64,000 bases of DNA from an uncultured Verrucomicrobia subdivision 3 bacterium (lineage in GTDB: Bacteria > Verrucomicrobiota > Verrucomicrobiia > Limisphaerales > UBA11358), in contig CAIKKJ010000061.1 in the NCBI GenBank assembly GCA_903827955.1, positions 5,788 through 69,787 on the forward strand, written 5' to 3'. Under the pieces are notes generated by a model. That model searched no databases and had not been told where the DNA came from. It worked only from the letters and a program-made list of their open reading frames with translations. How positions within the stretch are numbered: position 1 is the first letter of the stretch; each line of letters opens with the position of its first letter. This document shows positions 17,029 to 25,520 of this stretch, piece after piece. The translations under genes were made by a program, and so were the position numbers.

Positions 17029-17844
17029 ATGACGGACACCCTGATGCCAAAACTTTCCGTGAACGCGAATGATCCCGGCGCGGTCGCCGGCAGCCCGTTC
17101 ATTGAGATCGAAAATCTCTCGCTCTATTACGGCGCCAGCAAGGCGTTGAAAAACATTTCGCTGAACCTCGACGAAAAAGTAGTCACCGCCTTCATCGGCC
17201 CGAGCGGTTGCGGCAAGTCCACCCTGCTCCGCTGCCTGAACCGCATGAACGACCTCATTGACGGCGTGCGCATCGAAGGCTCCATGAAAATCGGCGGCTA
17301 CAACATCAACGCGAAGGACGTGGATGTGATCGAACTTCGCAAGCGCGTCGGCATGGTGTTCCAAAAATCCAACCCGTTTCCAAAATCCATCTACGAGAAC
17401 GTCGCCTATGGCTTGCGCCTGCACGGCGTGAAAGCCAAATCCGATTTGGACGCGCGCATCGAACAAAGTTTGCAGGGCGCAGCGTTGTGGGATGAAGTGA
17501 AAGACCGCCTGCACACCAGCGCCCTCGGCTTATCCGGCGGCCAGCAACAACGCCTGTGCATCGCCCGCGCCATCGCCATCCGTCCGGAAATTATTTTGAT
17601 GGACGAACCAGCCAGCGCGCTCGACCCGATCGCCACCGCGCGCATCGAGGATTTGATTTTGGAATTGAAAAAAGAGTTCACCATCGTCATCGTCACGCAC
17701 AACATGCAACAAGCCGCGCGCATCTCCGACCGGACGGCGTTTTTTTACATCGGCGAACTCGTGGAGTTCGGGCCGACGGTGAAAATTTTCACCAACCCGG
17801 CGCAGAAGCGCACGGAGGATTATGTCAGCGGGCGGTTCGGCTGA
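17029..17844 (+). CDS. pstB: Phosphate ABC transporter ATP-binding protein
   Basis: Walker [10 protein letters not shown], signature [14 protein letters not shown], Walker [12 protein letters not shown], and the PstB-typical C-terminus YVSGRFG. Confidence 0.95.
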   Translation: MTDTLMPKLSVNANDPGAVAGSPFIEIENLSLYYGASKALKNISLNLDEKVVTAFIGPSGCGKSTLLRCLNRMNDLIDGVRIEGSMKIGGYNINAKDVDVIELRKRVGMVFQKSNPFPKSIYENVAYGLRLHGVKAKSDLDARIEQSLQGAALWDEVKDRLHTSALGLSGGQQQRLCIARAIAIRPEIILMDEPASALDPIATARIEDLILELKKEFTIVIVTHNMQQAARISDRTAFFYIGELVEFGPTVKIFTNPAQKRTEDYVSGRFG

Positions 17845-17861
17845 ACCTTTTGAATTGAACT

Positions 17862-18527
17862 ATGGAAAATCATTTTGAAGCCGGCATCGAAAACCTGCGC
17901 CAGAAGCTGCTGCTGATGGCGAGCCACGCCGAGACCGCCGTGAACGAAGCCGTGCAATCGCTCATGCAACGCAACCACGACCTAGCCGTGAAGGTCCGCG
18001 AGGACGACAATGTCATTGACCAGTTTGAAATAGAGATTGACGAATTGGCCATCCAGCTATTGACCAAGGCACCGCTCGCCAGCAACCTCCGCCTCGTGAC
18101 CGTGGCGATGAAAATTTCCCAAAACCTCGAACGCATCGGCGACGAAGCCACCAAAATTGCCAAGCGCGCCCGCGACCTCGCCCAGGAACCGCCGGTGAAA
18201 ATTAATCTCGACCTCCCGCGCATGGCCACGCTCGCACTCGCGATGGTCAAGGATGCGCTCGATTCCTTCGTGCAAAAAGATTCCGCTGCGGCACGCACCA
18301 TCATCCCGCGCGACAAAGAAGTGGACGCGTTGAACAAGCACATCCACCAACAACTCGCGCAGCATATGATGGAGCATCCCGACACCATCGCCCGCTGCCT
18401 TCACTGGATCGTGGCCGCGAAAAGTTTGGAACGCATCGCCGACCACGCCAAAAACATTGCCGAAGAAGTCGTCTATCTTTGCGAAGCGCAGGACATCCGG
18501 CACGCGCAGCAATCGACCAAGAACTGA
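17862..18527 (+). CDS. phoU: Phosphate signalling complex protein PhoU
   Basis: 221-aa ORF with two PhoU repeats (ERIGDEATKIAK / ERIADHAKNIAEE), immediately after pstB. Confidence 0.9.
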   Translation: MENHFEAGIENLRQKLLLMASHAETAVNEAVQSLMQRNHDLAVKVREDDNVIDQFEIEIDELAIQLLTKAPLASNLRLVTVAMKISQNLERIGDEATKIAKRARDLAQEPPVKINLDLPRMATLALAMVKDALDSFVQKDSAAARTIIPRDKEVDALNKHIHQQLAQHMMEHPDTIARCLHWIVAAKSLERIADHAKNIAEEVVYLCEAQDIRHAQQSTKN

Positions 18528-18685
18528 TTTTTAGTGCGTGCGGCGGCAAAGTTTTTGACAAACTGCACCCGCTGCACCCGCCATGTCTTGCATCCAGAAA
18601 CTTTTTAGCCAGAGCTACCGTTTTCAGGAATTGCTCGAAGCTCGCGTTGGCGGACGTGAAGAGACGGCGAATTCCCAACTAGGTC

Positions 18686-18795
18686 GTGGCGCTGCGAGTG
18701 TTGACGATGGCCGTCGGCAACTGGCGCATCATCTGGGCGTGGATACTGACGATTCCCGTGACAGCGTGCCTCGTCTGGGCCCGCCTGAAAATAGG
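18686..18795 (+). pseudogene. Possible C-terminal remnant of a PiT/PHO4-family phosphate transporter
   Basis: This frame reads ...AVGNWRIIWAWILTIPVTACLVWARL. That resembles the conserved last helix of PiT proteins (e.g. E. coli PitA ...[23 protein letters not shown]). An in-frame TAG lies immediately upstream and there is no room for a full gene (330-bp gap). Confidence 0.3.
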
Positions 18796-18815
18796 AATCC
18801 TCCATCTGCCGCTCT

Positions 18816-18835
18816 GCCCGGCAGTCCGGCTTTTT
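18816..18835 (+). terminator. Weak intrinsic-terminator-like hairpin + T5 downstream of the pst-phoU operon
   Basis: GCCCGG-CAGT-CCGGC followed directly by TTTTT (18831..18835). The stem is short and has one bulged C. Confidence 0.35.
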
Positions 18836-18857
18836 CCTATAACTTTCCACTTCGCGC

Positions 18858-19568
18858 ATGAACGCATTTTCTTCGCCGCCGGACTACAAGCGTATCAAGC
18901 GAGTGAACAGTTTTTCCGAACTGGCCTCGACGCCTTTCGAGGCTGGCGTAAACGCCCTTTTCTGGCCACGTCCGTTGCCCGGCGATTTCAGTGAAGTCGT
19001 AGCTCAGTTGGGCAGCGATGAAGAAATCATCACGGTTGATGAGGCTCGGTTACTGGCACTCCCCGTGAGCGCGGCCGGCCGTGACGCCATTGAATTTCTT
19101 CTGGCCGACCAGCGCCTGCTCCGGGAACAGAATCTGGATCCCGTCATCAACTGCATCCACGACTATCCCCGCGACGAAAATCCCGGACCTGTGACCACCG
19201 ATGTCTTTTCCTTCCACGCTGACAGTGCCACCGTGGAAGCCGACACCTGGCTGTGCACTTACCATGGGCCAACCAGCGAGGGACTGCGCAACGATGAGGC
19301 GCAACGACGCGTGGACATCCCAGCCATCCGCGCCGAACTAGTCAAACTCTTTGGCGGAGAGGATAACGAGGACTTCCGCGAACACCTGAAAGCATGCTGT
19401 TACGACCTTCACTACGCGCCTGCCCCACAGGCACAGCCTTTTTCATTCGGCCTTGGCAACCTCTGGCGCATTGCCACGGAATGGCCCGGCAGTTCAGTGC
19501 CTCCGTGCATCCATCGCGCGCCCGCAACCCTGCCCGGCCAACCGCCACGCTTGCTGCTGATCAGTTGA
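18858..19568 (+). CDS. Hypothetical protein (family not confidently recognised)
   Basis: 236-aa ORF with an ATG start and balanced, coding-like composition. No motif I can name with confidence. Confidence 0.7.
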   Translation: MNAFSSPPDYKRIKRVNSFSELASTPFEAGVNALFWPRPLPGDFSEVVAQLGSDEEIITVDEARLLALPVSAAGRDAIEFLLADQRLLREQNLDPVINCIHDYPRDENPGPVTTDVFSFHADSATVEADTWLCTYHGPTSEGLRNDEAQRRVDIPAIRAELVKLFGGEDNEDFREHLKACCYDLHYAPAPQAQPFSFGLGNLWRIATEWPGSSVPPCIHRAPATLPGQPPRLLLIS

Positions 19569-19748
19569 ACCTCAATACCAAAGCCCGTTCACCGGAGCAG
19601 ACAAAAGCGCGGCGGTGGCAGGATTGCCCAATGGAAGCCGGCGACCGTTTGCACCAACCGGTTTGGGTGGCGTTAATATCGACTTCGCTTGCTCCGTTAC
19701 CCGTTTCAAAAAACCGCTTGCGCGCCGGCGGAATTAGCCGCACATTCG

Positions 19749-19766
19749 TTTCGTCGTTTGACGAAA
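19749..19766. promoter_or_regulatory. Palindrome upstream of arsR (candidate ArsR operator)
   Basis: TTTCGTC-gttt-GACGAAA (7-bp perfect arms), 10 nt upstream of the arsR ATG and followed by TATAAT-like ATATAAT. Confidence 0.4.
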
Positions 19767-19775
19767 TATAATTTT

Positions 19776-20141
19776 ATGCGCGATTTCATGGCCATCACCA
19801 AGGCACTGTCCGACCCGAACCGGGTCAGGATTCTGCTCGCACTCCGTCAGGGCGAACTCTGCGTGTGCCAGATCACCGAACTATTCAACTTCGCGCCATC
19901 CACGGTCTCCAAGCACCTTTCCATCTTGCATCACGCGCACTTGATCACCTCGCAAAAATCAGAGCGCTGGGTTTATTACCGGCTGGCGGAGAAAAAACTA
20001 GCGCCCGTGGCGGTGCGCGAGGCGCTTGACTGGGTTCACAAATCGCTCGGCAAAACCGATGAAGCGGCGGCCGATGCAAAAAAGTTAAAGCGGATTTTGC
20101 GCACCGATCTCGCGGTCATCTGCGCTGGCCAGAAATGTTGA
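19776..20141 (+). CDS. arsR: ArsR/SmtB-family metalloregulator
   Basis: MRDFMAITKALSDPNRVRILLALRQGELCVCQITELFNFAPSTVSKHLSILHHAHLI...; winged HTH with the ELCVCQ metal-binding motif. ATG at 19776; the track ORF start is an upstream extension. Confidence 0.85.
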   Translation: MRDFMAITKALSDPNRVRILLALRQGELCVCQITELFNFAPSTVSKHLSILHHAHLITSQKSERWVYYRLAEKKLAPVAVREALDWVHKSLGKTDEAAADAKKLKRILRTDLAVICAGQKC

Positions 20142-20145
20142 CCCC

Positions 20146-20637
20146 ATGAAACTCAACGAACTTCAATCCATCCTTGCCCGGCATCCATCCGCCGAACTAC
20201 GTTTCCATCTGCCCAATGGCGAATCCGCGCCCGCCCATTCTCACGTCACCGAAGTCGCGCGCGTCGACAAACGCTTCATTGACTGCGGCGGCACGCTGCG
20301 CAAGGAATTCTTCTGCCGCCTGCAAGTCTGGTCGGCCAACGACGCGCAGCATCGCCTCACCGCCGGCAAGCTCGCAAAAATTTTTACCAAGGCAGAATCC
20401 GTCTTGCAGACGGACGCGCTGGACGTGGATGTGGAATACGAAGTCGGCTTCATCTCGCAGTTCCCGCTGGAACGACTGGAGGTGCTTGCGAACACCATCG
20501 TTTTCCAGCTTGGCGTGCGGCACACCGCCTGCCTGGCGGAAGACAAATGCGGCATTGCGCCAGCGGAACTTTCCCCTGCGAACCCATTGAAGTTTGATTT
20601 CCGCGAACCAAAGACCGCAGGGAAATGTTGCGCCTGA
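20146..20637 (+). CDS. DUF6428-like protein of ars operons
   Basis: 163-aa ORF between arsR and the acr3 remnant. The N-terminal pattern LRFHLPNGESAPAHSHVTEV... matches my recollection of the DUF6428 family seen in ars clusters; the family name is from memory only. Confidence 0.75.
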   Translation: MKLNELQSILARHPSAELRFHLPNGESAPAHSHVTEVARVDKRFIDCGGTLRKEFFCRLQVWSANDAQHRLTAGKLAKIFTKAESVLQTDALDVDVEYEVGFISQFPLERLEVLANTIVFQLGVRHTACLAEDKCGIAPAELSPANPLKFDFREPKTAGKCCA

Positions 20638-20649
20638 TTCAAGAATGAT

Positions 20650-20848
20650 ATGAATCCGCCTGCCGTCCCCAAACGCCTTGCGTTCTTTGAGCGCTACCTG
20701 ACCTTGTGGGTTTTTCTTTGCATGGTCATCGGGTTCCCCGGCGGCACTAGCAACCGTTGTCGGGGTTCTGGTGGAAGTGCCGGTGATGCTGTCCGTCTGC
20801 AAAATCTGCAATCAATCCCGAAACTGGTATCAAAACAAATTGAACTAA
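20650..20848 (+). pseudogene. acr3: acr3 (arsenite efflux permease) remnant with large internal deletion and frameshift
   Basis: Frame 1 opens [28 protein letters not shown], the ACR3 N-terminus and TM1. From ~20740 the +1 frame reads [36 protein letters not shown]-stop (20846..20848), the ACR3 last helix and C-terminus. About 280 codons in between are absent. Confidence 0.75.
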
Positions 20849-20852
20849 ATTT

Positions 20853-21308
20853 ATGTCCACTCATCAAACTAAGCCCACCATTCTCATCCTCTGCACCGGC
20901 AACTCGTGCCGCAGCCACATCGGCGAGGGTTTTCTCCGCGCCGCGCTTAACGACCGCGCCAATGTCCAAAGCGCCGGTTCCAAGCCCGCTGGTTACGTTC
21001 ATCCGCTTGCCATTAAAGTCATGGCCGAGGTGGGCATAGATATTTCCGCGCACCGCTCAAAACCGCTCACGGAATTTTTGCAACAACGCGTAGATACGGT
21101 CATCACCGTCTGCGGCAATGCCGATCAAGCGTGCCCGATTTTCCCCGGCCAGTTGAACCGCCACCACTGGCCATTCCTCGATCCCGCCCACGCCAAGGGC
21201 AGTGACGAAGAAATCTTAAATTGCTTCCGCACCGTCCGCGACGAAATGCGCCGAGTCTTTGAAGCCTACGCCGCCGGCTTGCGCGATGCGAACGTATCCC
21301 AGACTTAA
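20853..21308 (+). CDS. arsC: Arsenate reductase, LMW-PTPase (thioredoxin-coupled) type
   Basis: ILILCTGNSCRSHIGEGF (CX5R P-loop), plus VITVCGNADQACP carrying the downstream Cys pair. Confidence 0.9.
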   Translation: MSTHQTKPTILILCTGNSCRSHIGEGFLRAALNDRANVQSAGSKPAGYVHPLAIKVMAEVGIDISAHRSKPLTEFLQQRVDTVITVCGNADQACPIFPGQLNRHHWPFLDPAHAKGSDEEILNCFRTVRDEMRRVFEAYAAGLRDANVSQT

Positions 21309-21562
21309 TCACAATCTCTTTTGCAAATGTATTGGGATTCCGAAAGGCATCCTTCGCAGCATTGGCCTGCAGCCGCAAAACGTGGAAGAATCCGTCACCA
21401 AACTCCTCGCCGAAACTGCGGCGCACTACTGCGGTCAGTAACGGACTGATGAATTTCCGGGATTATTCAGTTGACCAACAAGTCAAATGGCGGAAATAAC
21501 ACGGCATCGGTCAGAAATTATTTCCTTTCGTCGGCGCGCGATTGCGCTTTCAATTTGCGGCC

Positions 21563-23566
21563 ATGTCGCACGAATACGTCTTGAAACCGTTCACGCCGGA
21601 GATCCGGCTGAACATCGACTATCCGCGCGAACTCAACGAGCAACAGCTCGCCGCCGTCACCGCGCCGCCCGGCCCGGCACTCGTCATCGCCGGCGCTGGT
21701 TCGGGCAAGACGCGCACACTTACTTACCGGGTGGCGTTTCTGCTTGAGCAAGGGATACCCGCCGACCGCATCTTGCTCCTCACTTTCACCAATAAAGCCG
21801 CCGGTGAAATGATGCACCGCGTCAGTGATTTGCTTGGCCACGAACTGCGCGCGCTCTGGGGCGGCACGTTTCACAGCATCGGCGCGCGGATTTTGCGGCT
21901 ACACGCCGAGGTGCTCGGCTACCAGAAAGATTTCACAATTCTCGATCGCGATGATGCGAAGGATTTGATCAAGGCGTGCCTGCTCGACGCAAAGATTGAT
22001 ACGAAGGACAAACATTTCCCCAAGCCCGACGTGCTGAACGAAATTTTTTCGCTCGCCGCCAACACGCATCAAAGCATCGCCGAACTGGTCGAGGGCAAGT
22101 TCAGTTATTTCGACGACTACGCCGAGCAAATCGCCGACCAGCACAAACGCTACCTCGCCCGCAAACGCGCGACGAACGGCATGGATTTTGACGACCTCCT
22201 CGCGCTCTGGCTCAAGCTGCTGCAAGACCACGCCGAGGTGCGCGAACATTATCAGCGCCGTTTTCAATTCATCCTCGTGGACGAGTATCAAGACACGAAC
22301 AAGCTGCAAGGCGATCTCATTGACCTGCTGGCCGCGCGCCACAAAAACGTGATGGTCGTGGGCGATGACGCGCAAAGCATCTACGCCTGGCGCGGCGCGA
22401 ACTTTGCGAACATTCTGGATTTTCCGAAACGTTATCCCGGCGCGAAAGTTTTTAAGATCGAAACCAACTACCGCAGCACGCCGGAAATCCTCGCCGTGGC
22501 GAACGCCGCCATCGCCGCGAACGTGAATCAATTCGCGAAAGAACTCGCGCCGGCGCGCAAGTCCGGCGTGAAGCCTGCACTCGTGCAATGTCACGATGCC
22601 AGCCAGCAATCCGCCTTCATCGCGCAACGCTGCCTCGAATTGCGCGACGAGGGCACGAGCCTGAATAACATTTGCGTGCTGTATCGCTCCCATTTTCACG
22701 CGCTGGAATTGCAACTGGAACTGACGCGGCGGCAGATTCCGTTTTCAATCACGAGCGGCCTGCGCTTCTTCGAGCAGGCGCACATCAAGGATGCGACGGC
22801 GTTTCTGAAATTTGTCGCAAATCCGAAGGACGAAGTTTCGTTCAAGCGGCTCGTGTTGCTGCTGCCGGGCATCGGCGCGAAAGGGGCGGAAAAACTGTTT
22901 CAAAGTTTTCGGGCGAGGATTGAAGATGGCGGATTGAAAATGGAAACCAAGCTCGCGCCAGCCTTGCAATCCTGCGCGAAGGCCGTGCCCAAGAAAGCCG
23001 CCGTGCCATGGACGCAATTTGTCACAACCATTTCACAACTCGAAGACGAATCCACCCGTCGCAGCGCCGCCAAGATGCTCCGCCTCGTCATGGACGCGGG
23101 TTATGACGATTACTTGAAGGAGACTTACGACAACTACGCGCGCCGCCTCGAAGAAATCCAGCAACTCGCCGAGTTCGCCTTTCAATTCGGCACGGTGGAG
23201 GAATTTCTCACGCAGCTCGCCCTGCTCACGAACGTCGAGGCTGAAGCTGATCCCGCCGATGACTCTGAGAAAATAAAACTCTCCACCATCCATCAGGCCA
23301 AGGGACTGGAATTCGAGATCGTGTTCGTCATCATGCTTTGTGATGGATTGTTTCCGTCCGCGCGTTCCACCGAAAGCAACGACGGCGAAGAAGAAGAACG
23401 CCGCTTATTCTACGTCTCCGTCACGCGCGCGAAGAATGAACTGTATCTCTGCTACCCCAACATCCGCGGCGGCTTTGGCGCGAGCGGCATGGACACCTAT
23501 CAATCTCCTTCCCGCTTTCTTGCAGAGATTCCCGAAGCGTTGGTGAACAAGTGGAATCTACACTGA
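21563..23566 (+). CDS. UvrD/PcrA/Rep-family ATP-dependent DNA helicase
   Basis: LNEQQLAAVTAPPGPALVIAGAGSGKTRTLTYRV (motifs Q/I), ILVDEYQDTN (II), VVGDDAQSIYAWRGA (III), NYRSTPEIL (IV), TIHQAKGLEF (V) and VSVTRAKNELYL (VI). Start taken at ATG 21563. Confidence 0.9.
   Translation: MSHEYVLKPFTPEIRLNIDYPRELNEQQLAAVTAPPGPALVIAGAGSGKTRTLTYRVAFLLEQGIPADRILLLTFTNKAAGEMMHRVSDLLGHELRALWGGTFHSIGARILRLHAEVLGYQKDFTILDRDDAKDLIKACLLDAKIDTKDKHFPKPDVLNEIFSLAANTHQSIAELVEGKFSYFDDYAEQIADQHKRYLARKRATNGMDFDDLLALWLKLLQDHAEVREHYQRRFQFILVDEYQDTNKLQGDLIDLLAARHKNVMVVGDDAQSIYAWRGANFANILDFPKRYPGAKVFKIETNYRSTPEILAVANAAIAANVNQFAKELAPARKSGVKPALVQCHDASQQSAFIAQRCLELRDEGTSLNNICVLYRSHFHALELQLELTRRQIPFSITSGLRFFEQAHIKDATAFLKFVANPKDEVSFKRLVLLLPGIGAKGAEKLFQSFRARIEDGGLKMETKLAPALQSCAKAVPKKAAVPWTQFVTTISQLEDESTRRSAAKMLRLVMDAGYDDYLKETYDNYARRLEEIQQLAEFAFQFGTVEEFLTQLALLTNVEAEADPADDSEKIKLSTIHQAKGLEFEIVFVIMLCDGLFPSARSTESNDGEEEERRLFYVSVTRAKNELYLCYPNIRGGFGASGMDTYQSPSRFLAEIPEALVNKWNLH
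22915..22943. repeat. Second, partial copy of the GGATTGA(A/G)GATGG repeat element, in frame within the helicase
   Basis: GAGGATTGAAGATGGCGGATTGAAAATGG. The 25-mer at 22922..22946 matches the reverse complement of 9621..9645 at 23 of 25 positions, and both encode EDGGLKME. Confidence 0.5.
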
Positions 23567-23594
23567 CAAGGATTTGTTGCCCTGCGCAAAAATG

Positions 23595-23619
23595 AAAAAG
23601 GCGTCCGTTGCCGGACGCC
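23595..23619 (-). terminator. Intrinsic terminator downstream of tsf (also closes the convergent helicase gene)
   Basis: GGCGTCCG (23600..23607) - TTGC - CGGACGCC (23612..23619). The A5 tract at 23595..23599 becomes a U-run on the minus strand, 24 nt after the tsf stop. Confidence 0.6.
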
Positions 23620-23642
23620 TTGGGGATTTTCCGCTTGCAGCA

Positions 23643-24485
23643 TCAAGCGGCTTCACCGACCTGGAAGCGAACGAAACGGCGGATGACAATGTCATCACCA
23701 AGCTGTTTGCTGATTTGCGCGACATGCTCCTTGACGCTGACTTCAGAATTCCGTTTCACGAAGCCCTGATCCACGAGGCAGTAGGTCTGGAAAAACTTAT
23801 CCAGCACGCCGATTAGAATTTTTTCCATCGCGGCAGCGGGCTTGCCTTTCAGACGGTCGGAGTTCGCGGCAATCTCACGTTCCTTGGCGATGACTTCGGG
23901 CGCAACCTGTTCACGGGAAACCGCGTGCGGAAAGCCGGCGGCAATTTGCAGCGTGATGTCTTTGACAAGTTGCTTGAATTCTTCCTTGCCGGAAGTTTCG
24001 GGCTTCGTGCAGCCGACTTCGACCAGCACGCCGACTTTCGCACCGGTGTGGATGTAAGCGGCGACAGAACCGTTGCCAGAAACGTCCATGCGGGCGTTGC
24101 GGGCAAACTTGATGTTCTCACCCATCTTGCCAACAGCAGCTTCACGGTCAGCTTCGAGGTTCACGTTGGCATCGGCCAAAACTCTTTTGGCGATGTCGTC
24201 GCAAAACGCGCGGAAGGATTCGTTGCGCGCAACGAAATCAGTCTCGCAATTCACCTCCACTAGCACGCCCGTCTTGCCGCCGGTGGCGATAGCCTGGGCG
24301 ATGACGCCTTCACGGGCTTCGCGGGTGGACTTCTTGGCGGCACTGGCCGCGCCAGACTTGCGGAGATTGTCAATGGCGACTTCGATATTGCCCTGCGCTT
24401 CGACGAGCGCCTTTTTGCATTCCATCATGCCAACGCCCGTCATTTCGCGGAGCTTGGCGACATTTGCAGCAGTAATTTCAGCCAT
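23643..24485 (-). CDS. tsf: Elongation factor Ts
   Basis: MAEITAANVAKLREMTGVGMMECKKALVEAQGNIEVAIDNLRKSG..., the canonical EF-Ts N-terminus. Lies downstream of rpsB. Confidence 0.95.
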   Translation of the reverse strand: MAEITAANVAKLREMTGVGMMECKKALVEAQGNIEVAIDNLRKSGAASAAKKSTREAREGVIAQAIATGGKTGVLVEVNCETDFVARNESFRAFCDDIAKRVLADANVNLEADREAAVGKMGENIKFARNARMDVSGNGSVAAYIHTGAKVGVLVEVGCTKPETSGKEEFKQLVKDITLQIAAGFPHAVSREQVAPEVIAKEREIAANSDRLKGKPAAAMEKILIGVLDKFFQTYCLVDQGFVKRNSEVSVKEHVAQISKQLGDDIVIRRFVRFQVGEAA

Positions 24486-24566
24486 ACGGAAAAATTGATA
24501 GTTTTGGGTTGAGTGTTGATGGAACGGGGTGCGGAATTTTCTTCCACACCCCGTGACCAGGAATGG

Positions 24567-25334
24567 TTACGCGGCGACGGGAGCGGCGGCTTCGGCTACC
24601 GGCGCGGCGGGAGCGTCTTCATTCACGCGGCGGGATTTCTTGGATTCAAACTCGGCACGAGCCTGCGTGATGGTCTGCGAAACAGCCTGCAACAGTAGGC
24701 GCACGGAGCGGATGGCGTCGTCATTCGCAGCAATCGGATATTGAGCGAGATCGGGATCGCTATTCGTGTCCACGAGCGCCACCACTGGAATCTTCAGCGT
24801 GCGCGCCTCGGCCACGGCGTTATGCTCGCGCTTGAGGTCCACAATGAACATGGCGGCGGGCATTTTGTCGAGGTCACGGAGACCGTCGAAATACTTGTTC
24901 AAGCGCGCGCCTTCGCGGCGGATGACGGCCTGCTCCTGTTTGACGTAATCGTTGATGGAGCCATCGGCTTCCATTTTTTCAATTTCCTTGAGACGTTTGA
25001 TGGACGTCTTGACCGTGGCGTAATTCGTCAGCGTGCCGCCGAGCCAGCGTTCGGTCACGAACATCTGGCCGGTTTCCTTGGCGATTTCCTTGACGGTCTG
25101 TTGCGCCTGTTTTTTGGTGCCGACAAACAAAACTTTACCGCCTTTGCGGACGGTGGTGGCGAGAAATTCGAGGGCGGCGTGCAACTGGGCTTCGGTCTTG
25201 CTCAAATCAATGATGTGAATGCCATTGCGCGCGTCAAAGATGAAGGGTTTCATCTTGGGGTTCCAGCGCTTGGTTTGATGGCCGAAATGGACGCCGGCGT
25301 CCAACAATTCTTTAACTCCAATGGTCGTGCTCAT
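24567..25334 (-). CDS. rpsB: 30S ribosomal protein S2
   Basis: LLDAGVHFGHQTKRWNPKMKPFIFDARNGIHIIDL...FVTERWLGGTLTN...VDTNSDPD..., canonical S2. Confidence 0.95.
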   Translation of the reverse strand: MSTTIGVKELLDAGVHFGHQTKRWNPKMKPFIFDARNGIHIIDLSKTEAQLHAALEFLATTVRKGGKVLFVGTKKQAQQTVKEIAKETGQMFVTERWLGGTLTNYATVKTSIKRLKEIEKMEADGSINDYVKQEQAVIRREGARLNKYFDGLRDLDKMPAAMFIVDLKREHNAVAEARTLKIPVVALVDTNSDPDLAQYPIAANDDAIRSVRLLLQAVSQTITQARAEFESKKSRRVNEDAPAAPVAEAAAPVAA

Positions 25335-25520
25335 GCTTGCTAATTTTCCGTTGGTTAAAACCGCGATTTACTCACGGCATCCTGCGGAACACAGGATTTT
25401 GGTTTGGTGTTGTTATGGCCGCTCCATCCACACGGACGGAAATTTAGGCCGTTCACTCCCCGCGCCAAAAATGGCGACGAGGAATGTCCAGCATATCAGA
25501 AGAAACCCTTGTCGCAACTG

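Noticed and set aside
10795-17102. Other long antisense ORFs (10795..11622, 12881..13741, 13984..14823, 16230..17102, 16948..17514)
   Set aside because: Each lies fully opposite a gene with strong family signatures (nadA, porin, pstS, pstA, pstB). None has recognisable motifs.
18858-19568. Temptation to label the 236-aa protein upstream of arsR as a named DUF (e.g. DUF1826)
   Set aside because: I could not recall diagnostic residues well enough, so it stays hypothetical rather than carrying an invented family assignment.
21259-21441. 60-aa ORF overlapping the arsC end and running into the arsC-helicase spacer (…GILRSIGLQPQNVEESVTKLLAETAAHYCGQ)
   Set aside because: Its tail looks vaguely protein-like and could be another gene relic. 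I cannot match it to any family, and its first third overlaps arsC out of frame. The evidence is too weak to call.
24525-24553. 7-bp stem hairpin (CGGGGTG/CACCCCG) in the rpsB-tsf spacer
   Set aside because: It is plausibly an intercistronic attenuator, as known for rpsB-tsf operons. It lacks a U-tract and is too short to call with confidence.
25379-25400. ATCCTG-N7-CAGGAT + TTTT in the rpsB upstream region
   Set aside because: A 6-bp stem only. It is oriented as a plus-strand terminator where no plus-strand gene ends, so it is probably incidental or part of the rpsB leader.
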